Part shown: in pieces, positions 38,276 to 46,131 of the stretch | How the letters are laid out: every line of letters starts with the position of its first letter | Position numbering within the stretch: the first letter of the stretch is position 1 | Translations under genes and position numbers: made by a program | NCBI GenBank assembly: GCA_019058365.1 | Contig: JAHPZE010000032.1 | Location: forward strand, 1-46,131 | Source: Promethearchaeota archaeon | GTDB lineage: Archaea; Asgardarchaeota; Lokiarchaeia; Sigyniarchaeales; SOKP01 | DNA length: 46,131 nucleotides | Direction: 5' to 3' | The notes under the pieces: model-generated | Told to the model about the DNA's origin: nothing | Seen by the model: only the letters and a program-made list of their open reading frames with translations | Databases searched by the model: none

Positions 38276-39043
38276 TTAGAGTTGACCATAAATGACCTCG
38301 GTATCATATTCAAATTGAATATGTTTATTTTTTTGATATTTTTTAAATAATTGCTTTAAATCAAGTAACATATCGTTAAATTTAGGATGATCATCCAAAG
38401 GTATATAAGAAGTAGAAAGAAGCCGACCCTCTAAACCATCGTAATCAAATATTTGACAATTCTCAAATTTTTTTAAGTTATAATTAATCCCTCCAAAAAA
38501 TTTATTAAAATCAAGTTTACTACTCTCAATAGCTTTATAATCTGTTCCATATCTCAAGAGAAATTTTTCATACTCTTTTAAAAACTCATTTGTGTGCTTT
38601 TTTCGACGATTCCAAATTAATATAACCCAACCATTAGGTTTAAGAATACGTTGAAACTCTAATTTAGTTTTCTCTAAATTAAACCAATGAAATGCTTGAC
38701 CCGCTGTTATTATATCAATTATAGCAGGTTGTAATGTAGTAAATTCTGCTGAACCATCAATACTTATAAAATTTGAGTAATCTCTTAATGAATTTTCTCC
38801 TGCCCGTCTCATATCTCTGTTTGGCTCGATTCCATAGACTATATTACCTTCCTTTAAAAATAGTTCACTTAATATCCCCGTTCCAGATCCTATATCCGCA
38901 ATTTTTGATTTATTGGATAAAATTTTGCTTTCTTTTAAGAATTCAATTACCTTCTGGGGATAACTGGGTCTATATTTGATATAATTCTCTACCCTTGATG
39001 AAAATCGCTTCTTCGGATCTTGTTTGAACTTTTTGTCATACAT
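38276..39043 (-). CDS. Class I SAM-dependent methyltransferase
   Basis: YRPSYP, ADIGSGTG, AGQAFHWF, RILKPNG. ATG at 39043 preferred over the longer ORF start at 39085. Confidence 0.92.
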   Translation of the reverse strand: MYDKKFKQDPKKRFSSRVENYIKYRPSYPQKVIEFLKESKILSNKSKIADIGSGTGILSELFLKEGNIVYGIEPNRDMRRAGENSLRDYSNFISIDGSAEFTTLQPAIIDIITAGQAFHWFNLEKTKLEFQRILKPNGWVILIWNRRKKHTNEFLKEYEKFLLRYGTDYKAIESSKLDFNKFFGGINYNLKKFENCQIFDYDGLEGRLLSTSYIPLDDHPKFNDMLLDLKQLFKKYQKNKHIQFEYDTEVIYGQL

Positions 39044-39122
39044 GAATATATTAATATTTGATTCAATTTTATAAATATAAATCAATACTACCTATATAAT
39101 ATATCCACTATCCATTCTAAAA

Positions 39123-39599
39123 ATGGCGAATAAGGAAAATTCAATATCCAAAGATCTTTTTGTACCCAGTGATTTCGAAATTCCCCTTCTGCTCGAAACA
39201 GACCTTTTTCGCCTTCGAATGCTGTCTATAGATGATGTTGAAAAGGATTACGAAGCAGTTATCGAGAGCCGTGAGCTTCTCCATACTACGTTTGGCGGTC
39301 CATGGCCGAGATTAGGTTTCACCATTGAGGAAAATCTGACCGACTTAGAAAGACATCAACAAGAATTTCTCGACCGTAAGGCATTTACATATACTGTCGT
39401 ATCCCTGGACGAATCAAAAGTTCTTGGTTGTGTTTATATCACCCCATCCGAAGTGACTGGCCCAGATGCTATCGTGGTCATGTGGGTGCGTCAAACTGAA
39501 TATGAAAAAGGATTGGATGAAGTATTATTCAATACCGTACGAGATTGGGTCAGCACAGATTGGCCTTTTAGAAAGGTAGACTACCCAGGTAGAGTATAA
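39123..39599 (+). CDS. GNAT-fold acetyltransferase-like protein
   Basis: FRLRML...D...DYEAV, FTYTV...LGCVYI.P, WPF..V.YPGR; visibly GC-richer than its neighbours. Confidence 0.75.
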   Translation: MANKENSISKDLFVPSDFEIPLLLETDLFRLRMLSIDDVEKDYEAVIESRELLHTTFGGPWPRLGFTIEENLTDLERHQQEFLDRKAFTYTVVSLDESKVLGCVYITPSEVTGPDAIVVMWVRQTEYEKGLDEVLFNTVRDWVSTDWPFRKVDYPGRV

Positions 39600-39698
39600 T
39601 GAGTAAAAAGTCAACCTTTGCTTAGAATCAGAAAGATTCTCCTTCATTTATACTTGTTTAATAATAAAAGTACAAAAAAAATATATTTAAATTTCTAA

Positions 39699-41636
39699 TT
39701 AAATATGCTTTTGTTTTATCAGTGTTAATTTTCCCCCGGCCATTAATTCTTCTAAATCTTGTTGGCTAAGCGAATGAGTTAATTCAAGATCTAGATTTTT
39801 TGTTAGGTTTTTTAGTTTAACTTTACCAGATTTAATTGTAGTTAAATCAATCTCAAATTTATCTTCCGGTTCAATTGTGTCATAATCATCTTTGTTAACG
39901 AATGTCAAAGGTACTATTCCAAAATTCACTAAGTTCGCTAAATGTATACGAGCAAAGCTCTTTACTATGACAGCCTTTATTCCAAGATATTTAGGAGCAA
40001 TTGCTGCATGTTCACGACTTGAACCTTGTCCATAATTATCTCCGCCTACAATAAAGCCCCCTCCTTTTGTGAGAGATCGATCGTGAAAGGATTCATCAAC
40101 TACATTAAAAACATATTTGCTAATTTCGGGTATATTACTTCTCAATGGTAAGATTTTAGCTCCAGCGGGCATGATGTGATCTGTTGTTATATCATCTTCA
40201 ACCTTTAAAAGAACTTCCCCTTCTAATTTAGCCGGTAAAGGATTAAATTCAGGCAAGGTTTTAATATTTGGACCTCTAATAATTTCTACATTCTTTGCTT
40301 CTTCGGGAGGTAATGGTGGAATGATCATATTATCATTTACCACAAAATTTTTAGGCATATCAATTTTAGGTATACTGCCAAACTTTCTTGGATCTGTAAT
40401 TTTTCCTTTAATAGCAGCAATAGCAGCAGTTTCAGGGCTTACTAAGTAAACATTAGCGCTTTTTGTACCTGTTCTTCCAAGAAAATTCCTATTGAAAGTT
40501 CTAAGAGAAATGGCATCGCTTTTAGGAGCTAATCCCATTCCAATGCAAGGACCACAAGCGTTTTCTAATATCCTTGCACCTGCCTTTATTAAATAACCCA
40601 TTTCTCCGGAATCAATCATATGATCAACAACTTGTCGAGAACCAGGCGATACAGTTAAAACTGTATTTAGATTAATTGTTTTCCCTTTTAACATATTTGC
40701 AACAATTTTAAGATCCCGCAAAGAAGAATTCGTACAACTACCTATACACACTTGATCTACATTTAATCCTTCCAAATCTTTAACAGTTTTAACATTTCCT
40801 GGACTATGGGGTTCAGCTATTAATGGCTCTAATTCACTTAGATTAATTTCAATAGTTTCATCATATTTAGCATCTTCATCTGGTTCTAATTGAATCCATT
40901 GATCTCCTCTTTCTTGTGCTTCTAAAAACTCTTTAGTAATCTCATCAGATGGAAAGATTGAGGTTGTAGCTCCAGTTTCAGTTCCCATATTCGTTATTGT
41001 TCCTCTTTCTGGAACAGTTAGAGTCTTTATTCCTGGACCTGTATATTCTAGAACTTTATTAACAGCTCCTTTCACTCCAATTCTTCTCAAGATTTCTAAT
41101 ATTACATCTTTCGCGGATACAAAATCAGGAAGCTTTCCCTTAAGATATACTTTTACAACTTGAGGCATTTTTAAACGGAATGATTCACCAGCCATAGCAG
41201 CAGCTATATCAAGTCCTCCTGCTCCAATTGCTATTGATCCAACACCCCCACCAGTAGGAGTATGACTGTCACTACCTAATAATGTTCTGCCAGGGCGAGC
41301 AAATCGTTCAAGATGGACTTGATGGCAAATACCATTTCCGGGACGCGAAAAATATAAGCCATATTTCGCAGCAATACTTTGAAGATAGCGATGATCATCA
41401 GGGTTTTTAAAATCAGTCTGCAATGTGTTATGATCTACGTAACTTACGGATAGTTCTGTTTGAACACGTGAAACTCCCATTGCTTCAAATTGTAAGTAAG
41501 CCATTGTACCTGTAGCATCCTGAGTTAATGTTTGGTCAATTTTAATGGCAATATCTATTCCCTTTTCTAATTTACCCTCAACTAAATGTAGTTCTAAGAT
41601 TTTTTCAGTTAAAGTTTTTCCCATTTTTTTCAACAC
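39699..41636 (-). CDS. acnA: Aconitate hydratase (short AcnA-like type)
   Basis: QDATG, DHN, GICHQVH, GSDSHT, IGSCTN and CGPCIG [4Fe-4S] ligands, TTDHI.PAG, GSSREHAA. The start may be the ATG at 41624. Confidence 0.9.
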   Translation of the reverse strand: MLKKMGKTLTEKILELHLVEGKLEKGIDIAIKIDQTLTQDATGTMAYLQFEAMGVSRVQTELSVSYVDHNTLQTDFKNPDDHRYLQSIAAKYGLYFSRPGNGICHQVHLERFARPGRTLLGSDSHTPTGGGVGSIAIGAGGLDIAAAMAGESFRLKMPQVVKVYLKGKLPDFVSAKDVILEILRRIGVKGAVNKVLEYTGPGIKTLTVPERGTITNMGTETGATTSIFPSDEITKEFLEAQERGDQWIQLEPDEDAKYDETIEINLSELEPLIAEPHSPGNVKTVKDLEGLNVDQVCIGSCTNSSLRDLKIVANMLKGKTINLNTVLTVSPGSRQVVDHMIDSGEMGYLIKAGARILENACGPCIGMGLAPKSDAISLRTFNRNFLGRTGTKSANVYLVSPETAAIAAIKGKITDPRKFGSIPKIDMPKNFVVNDNMIIPPLPPEEAKNVEIIRGPNIKTLPEFNPLPAKLEGEVLLKVEDDITTDHIMPAGAKILPLRSNIPEISKYVFNVVDESFHDRSLTKGGGFIVGGDNYGQGSSREHAAIAPKYLGIKAVIVKSFARIHLANLVNFGIVPLTFVNKDDYDTIEPEDKFEIDLTTIKSGKVKLKNLTKNLDLELTHSLSQQDLEELMAGGKLTLIKQKHI

Positions 41637-41831
41637 GTTTTAATATTTCCAGCATTTCTGGATAAAATAGATACTAAAATAATTAAAATTAAAATATTAT
41701 TAAATTTTTCTTTTCAGTTTCACCCATTTTTATTCCCTATTCTATGTTACTTTAACAATTCTATAATCAAGTGGGTTCAACTATTTAAATTTTCAATAAT
41801 TTTCAAAATTAAATTTTGTTAATTTCAATTA

Positions 41832-42362
41832 TTGATCAAGATGAGAGAAGATTTAGAATCACTCAATAGAGAAGAATTAATGGATTATATCGAAGATCTT
41901 TCAAAAAATTGGCTTGCTATTGATGGAACATGGTTTCAGACAGTTGAACATGAATACGGGCTTGATAAAGCTATAGAATTAGATGTTAAACAGTGGAAAA
42001 GATTTACTATTATTGAAGCGAAGAGAATCATGAAGAGATTTAAAATACAACAAAATGAGGGCATTCCAGCTCTTATAAAAGCTTTAAAGTATAGAGTATA
42101 TGCAAATATTAATAAACAAGAAGTTCTTGATGTATCGGATAATCGATGTGTTTTTAGAATGAATGATTGCCGTGTACAATCGGCTAGAAAAGCGAGAGGA
42201 CTTCCAGATTTCCCTTGTAAACAAGTTGGTGTTGTAGAATATGGATTATTTGCTAAAGCAATAGATCCTCGAATAGAAACAAAATGTATTGCGTGTCCTC
42301 CAGGACCTCACCCTGAACATTATTGGTGTGCTTGGGAATTCACGTTAAAAAAGAATGCATGA
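41832..42362 (+). CDS. DUF6125-like (V4R-related, Cys-rich) protein
   Basis: WLAIDGTWF, CRVQSAR, FPCK, IDPRI...CIACPP...WCAWEF. Confidence 0.8.
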   Translation: MIKMREDLESLNREELMDYIEDLSKNWLAIDGTWFQTVEHEYGLDKAIELDVKQWKRFTIIEAKRIMKRFKIQQNEGIPALIKALKYRVYANINKQEVLDVSDNRCVFRMNDCRVQSARKARGLPDFPCKQVGVVEYGLFAKAIDPRIETKCIACPPGPHPEHYWCAWEFTLKKNA

Positions 42363-42621
42363 TGCTACTAAAAGAAATGGGTCATATTAAATTCATCAAT
42401 TAGTAAGTTGGAACTATCCATAAACGATGATCATTATAAAACTATAGTAAAGATACTGAAAAGCAGTAAATTTAAAAAGCCTCTAAAAAAATGATGATAG
42501 AAAGTTTAAAAGGATACCAATCCTAACACTATTATAACACGTAATTGAATTATTAGAACTGAAAATATTATTTTAATTCAAAAATTAATTTTAAAAGAAA
42601 ATTAAAAAAAAATGATGTTTT

Positions 42622-43071
42622 ATGACCGAAGAAAATATTAGAGGCCAAATTAGTGCCAAAGAAGATGAGATTACTCGTATAGAAGAGGAAGCCAGCAAGG
42701 AAGAAGCTTCAGCAGAAAGCAAGGTTGAAACAGAATACAATCCAAAAATTGAAGCAGCTGAAACAAAATTAAATCAAGAAGAAGTCTTACGAGATGAAGC
42801 AATTCAAAAAGCAGAAGAGTGGAATAATAAAAAGAAAGAAAAAATAGCAACTGCTAAAGAAGCTAATAAAACTCTTTCTCAATTAAAAAGTGGAAAAGAA
42901 AAGGCTTTGAATATTAAGTTAAAAGAAATCGCTAATGATAAGAAAGGCAAGATTAAGGAAGTTCAAGGTGAAATAAAAAGTTTAAAGAAACAAATAGCTG
43001 CCATAGAAAAAGAGAAAGCTAGAGCTGCTGCTGCCGCCGCTGCTGCTGCCGCCGCTGCTGCTGAAGAATAA
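42622..43071 (+). CDS. Coiled-coil hypothetical protein with poly-Ala tail
   Basis: E/K/A-rich, predicted helical throughout; 13 consecutive Ala at the C-terminus. Confidence 0.8.
   Translation: MTEENIRGQISAKEDEITRIEEEASKEEASAESKVETEYNPKIEAAETKLNQEEVLRDEAIQKAEEWNNKKKEKIATAKEANKTLSQLKSGKEKALNIKLKEIANDKKGKIKEVQGEIKSLKKQIAAIEKEKARAAAAAAAAAAAAAEE
43024..43062 (+). repeat. GCT/GCC tandem repeat (15-nt unit x2.6)
   Basis: (GCTGCTGCTGCCGCC)2 GCTGCTGCT. Confidence 0.95.
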
Positions 43072-43150
43072 ATGTAATTATTATGAAGATTTAATCTTTT
43101 TCATTAATTTTTTTAATTTTTTATTAAAAATCAATTCAAATGACTTAAAT

Positions 43151-43717
43151 TTGATAATTTTAACTGGTTTTGGGCCTTATGGAACTTACAAATCAAACTT
43201 AAGTAGTGAAATTGTCAAAAAGTTTTTTTTTCAAAATCAAAATTTTCAATTGAAAAGAGGAATAATACCAGTAAGTTGGAAACATAGTGTAAATTCTTAT
43301 AAAAACTTGTTATTAGAATTAGGATCTAAACCTGATTTAGTGGTTTTGCTAGGTATTCATTCAAGTAAGAAATATTATCTCGAAAAATTTGGGTGGAATT
43401 TTAAAATGGGTGAAGATATTGAAAAAAAATTCAAAATTGGCACTATAAAAGTTTGTCGTCATCTATGGATTAAAACCACTATAGATTTAGATAAAGTTTT
43501 TTCAGTTGTTAAAGATAAATCGAATTTTTATATCTCCAATTATGCTGGATTATATTTATGCAATTATCTATACTATTGGGCACTTTATCTTTCAAATAAA
43601 GAGTACCCTGTAATTTTCGTTCACATTCCTGCTAATGGTACTTTAATTGAAAGTATTAAAAAGATTGAAATTATTTTAAAAGCTATTTTTAAAACGCATT
43701 TTAAGAAGGACTTATAA
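43151..43717 (+). CDS. pcp: Pyroglutamyl peptidase I (C15)
   Basis: ILTGFGPY...N.S, LEK..WN (Glu), AGLYLCN (Cys), FVHIP (His). Confidence 0.88.
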   Translation: MIILTGFGPYGTYKSNLSSEIVKKFFFQNQNFQLKRGIIPVSWKHSVNSYKNLLLELGSKPDLVVLLGIHSSKKYYLEKFGWNFKMGEDIEKKFKIGTIKVCRHLWIKTTIDLDKVFSVVKDKSNFYISNYAGLYLCNYLYYWALYLSNKEYPVIFVHIPANGTLIESIKKIEIILKAIFKTHFKKDL

Positions 43718-43855
43718 ATTTAATGGTAATTTTTGTCCTTTTTCATTGATGAGATCCTTTAAAATCTCAGGTTGGAGCCGTAATTCCTCATAAAGCCAAT
43801 TTAGTTGTCTCATCTTAGAGTTGTATATCTCTACTTCTTCTTCGAATAATTCCAT
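43712..43855 (-). CDS. Small 47-aa hypothetical protein (absent from the ORF track)
   Basis: MELFEEEVEIYNSKMRQLNWLYEELRLQPEILKDLINEKGQKLPLNL*; protein-like composition; stop abuts the pcp stop in TTATAA. Confidence 0.55.
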   Translation of the reverse strand: MELFEEEVEIYNSKMRQLNWLYEELRLQPEILKDLINEKGQKLPLNL

Positions 43856-44006
43856 TTTAAAATTACCAAAATTGTAGTTTTACTATAAACCAAGAGATTG
43901 AATAACACATATTTATCTAAGTAATATCTCAATGATACCTCAAAAAATCATATAAAAAAAGCAATTTTGTAGAAATAAAATAACCTATTTCTAAATATAA
44001 TGTAAT

Positions 44007-44420
44007 CTAAGATCTTAAATATTTTTTTTGAATATTCTCAAGATCATACATGATACTTTCAATTGGTTCTCCATTTATTACTCTATGTAATTTGTTGATT
44101 AATTCCTCGGGGAACATATCAAATTGACCAATAGCTTGTCGATAATCTTTAAATTCATCTGTTAATTCATATATGTCTGAGCTTCTTTTTAAATCAAATT
44201 CTCTTGTAACAATCTGTACAAAAGATTTAATTAGATCGTTATAAAATTCATCTTCTAGTTGTCGAGCTGTGTAATCGACATCATATATCAAGTGATCATA
44301 TTTTTTATTTACTCTTTGAATCTCTTCTTCTCGTTTAGCGTTAATTTCATCGATTTTGGGTTGTAATTCCTTTTTCTTTGTTTCTAACTCTTTAAGTTTA
44401 GATTTTAACTGATCACTCAT
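44007..44420 (-). CDS. Hypothetical protein with N-terminal coiled coil
   Basis: 137-aa ORF; heptad-like N-terminal half. Confidence 0.8.
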   Translation of the reverse strand: MSDQLKSKLKELETKKKELQPKIDEINAKREEEIQRVNKKYDHLIYDVDYTARQLEDEFYNDLIKSFVQIVTREFDLKRSSDIYELTDEFKDYRQAIGQFDMFPEELINKLHRVINGEPIESIMYDLENIQKKYLRS

Positions 44421-44565
44421 AATAGTCTTTAATAAAGGACATTATTTAAAGAATTAGTTGAAAAAATATGCTGTGTTTTTGAATTGATAAAATCTTAATA
44501 CAACAATTCATTTAAGAATATAACTTATCAAATGACATGATAATTTTAACCAACTTACTTCTAAT

Positions 44566-45471
44566 ATGTCAAAAATAATCACTGTTCCAGAGCCCGAGAG
44601 TGGTTTAAAATTTATTGACGTTCATTGCCATATGCCTTTTCATCGTCCCAAAAATGATCAATTACCAAAAGATGAAGAACAATATTTAAATTATTTCAAA
44701 ATGGGGGGTCAATATTTAATAACAAGCACAATTGATATGCAGACATTGAATTTAACTTTAGACTTTATGAAAAAATTCGATAAAGATTTTGGTTTTACAT
44801 GTGGATGGGCGCCACAGACAGTTACATATACTTCTAAGGACAAATATGACTTAGAATGGAAAAAATGGATTGATTTTATTCAAAATAATTCAGAAAAGTA
44901 TCTAGGAATTGGCGAGATAGGTTTAGATTTTCATCATGCCAAAACTTTAGAGAAAAGAAACAATCAAGTTGAAGTTTTTAAAAAAATCATAGAATTAACA
45001 AGAGATCTTAACAAACCTTATATTTTACATGTTCGAAATGCTGCTGAACAAGAGTTCGATAAAGAACATCCGAAACATAGATTTAATAAAAAAGATGGAG
45101 TAAATAAAGAGATTCTTGATATTTTAAAGGATTTTAAAATAGATCCTAAAAGGGTTATGTGGCATTGTTTTTCAGGACCAGAAGATTATGGAACTTCCTT
45201 ACCAAATCAAGGATTTATACTTTCTGTACCAAGCTCTGCCTATGGTTTCAATAGATGGCGTAGGGTAACAAAATTTACACCATTAGAATCGTTAGTTACT
45301 GAAACTGATTCTTATTATCAGCATCCCTATAAAAGAGGACCAATAAATGTACCTTCAAATGTAAGATATTCCATTGCTGCTATTGCTTATTCTCATAATG
45401 TTCCTCAAAAATTAGTAAGTGAAAAAACGGTTAATAATGCAAAAAATTTTTTTACTTTAAACATTGAATAA
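44566..45471 (+). CDS. tatD: TatD family nuclease
   Basis: DVHCH, GEIGLD, LHVR, HCFSG, ETDS. Confidence 0.92.
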   Translation: MSKIITVPEPESGLKFIDVHCHMPFHRPKNDQLPKDEEQYLNYFKMGGQYLITSTIDMQTLNLTLDFMKKFDKDFGFTCGWAPQTVTYTSKDKYDLEWKKWIDFIQNNSEKYLGIGEIGLDFHHAKTLEKRNNQVEVFKKIIELTRDLNKPYILHVRNAAEQEFDKEHPKHRFNKKDGVNKEILDILKDFKIDPKRVMWHCFSGPEDYGTSLPNQGFILSVPSSAYGFNRWRRVTKFTPLESLVTETDSYYQHPYKRGPINVPSNVRYSIAAIAYSHNVPQKLVSEKTVNNAKNFFTLNIE

Positions 45472-45525
45472 AAACTCTTAATAACCTTTTATTAGAACTG
45501 AATATTTTTTACCATGGTGAATTAA

Positions 45526-46038
45526 TTGAAAATATTAATTACATATTTCTCGAATACGGGGAACACAAAAAAGATCGCGAAAAGTATTAAGGAAGCATTA
45601 AGTGATGAAGAGGTTGAGTTAACACCTATTAATGAAGTAGACCCTTTGAGTTTTAATAATTATGATTTAGTCTTTTTAGGTTCAGGAATTTATGCAAGTC
45701 GAGTAAATAAAGCACTGGTAGAATTAGTGAGTTCTGCTCCAGAATTACCGCAAAACTTCGTATTTTTCTCTACTCATGCAAGTTTAGTTGGTTATCAAGA
45801 CGGATTCAAATTAGTGAAACGAAAAATAGGAAATGTTTCGAAGATAATTGCTGAGTTTGATTGTTGTGGAGATAATCTAGGTATCCCTGAAGACACTCGT
45901 AATTCAATGTTAGATAAATTACCTCCTGAAAAACGAAAAGAGGCTGAAAAGCATCAACAATGGCTTAAAGGAAGACCAAATGAAGAAGATTTAAAGAAAG
46001 CAAAAGAATTTGCTCGATCAGTAGTTGAGAAGCTCTAA
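45526..46038 (+). CDS. Flavodoxin-family protein
   Basis: YFSNTGNTKKIA, YDLVFLGSGIY, GRPNEEDL..A..FA. Confidence 0.9.
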   Translation: MKILITYFSNTGNTKKIAKSIKEALSDEEVELTPINEVDPLSFNNYDLVFLGSGIYASRVNKALVELVSSAPELPQNFVFFSTHASLVGYQDGFKLVKRKIGNVSKIIAEFDCCGDNLGIPEDTRNSMLDKLPPEKRKEAEKHQQWLKGRPNEEDLKKAKEFARSVVEKL

Positions 46039-46062
46039 GACACATTTAACGATATTGGTTCT

Positions 46063-46131
46063 ATTTATTTTTTCTTTTTTTATATCAGTATCTAATGAAG
46101 TATTTATTTATCTTTAATTTTTTATTTTTTT
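46063..46131 (+). terminator. Archaeal-type oligo-T terminator region
   Basis: Several T runs downstream of the flavodoxin stop, with no GC hairpin. Confidence 0.45.

Noticed and set aside
113-38979. Many short ORFs antisense to or nested in long genes (e.g. 113-424, 789-1025, 8872-9243, 11599-12338, 22721-23083, 29829-30116)
   Set aside because: They are shadows of genes with clear family motifs and have no motifs or RBS of their own.
7565-42362. Selenocysteine or pyrrolysine read-through at TGA/TAG stops (relevant for Asgard methyltransferase loci)
   Set aside because: All three UroD-fold methyltransferases end in TAA. The TGA/TAG-ending genes I checked look domain-complete and run into further stops or low-complexity sequence. 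No SECIS-like hairpin was recognised.
1-46131. CRISPR arrays, tRNA/rRNA genes, IS elements, integrases
   Set aside because: No regularly spaced repeats, cloverleaf-like GC-rich segments, or transposase/recombinase motifs seen.

Overview
AT-rich, densely coding archaeal chromosome segment. Its features point to an Asgard archaeon of Lokiarchaeia/Promethearchaeia type (inference): GGTGA-type Shine-Dalgarno sites, oligo-T terminators, an HTH_10 and an RHH regulator, a pelota/aeRF1-like protein, and expanded UroD-fold methyltransferases. I found no rRNA, tRNA, CRISPR array or transposase. The left part (about 0-17 kb) is an accessory catabolic region. It has two UroD/MtaA-fold methyltransferase + corrinoid protein pairs, hydrolases, a bacterial-looking PKD hydrolase fused to a SRPBCC-like tail, and four divergent regulators, three of them with readable candidate operators. 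The right part carries dispersed citrate/TCA genes (icd, aclAB, fumC, aconitase) mixed with peptidases. Most notable: (1) an orphan fused DppB-DppC permease in which both ATPase-coupling EAA loops are deleted, lying between aclA and icd; (2) a pelota/aeRF1-like protein lacking the N domain and GGQ; (3) a COG2403 (ArcE/cDPGS-like) enzyme with altered conserved motifs; (4) repeated intergenic 3'-end gene scars, two of which match intact genes in this window. Family assignments come from recognised motifs, not from database searches.
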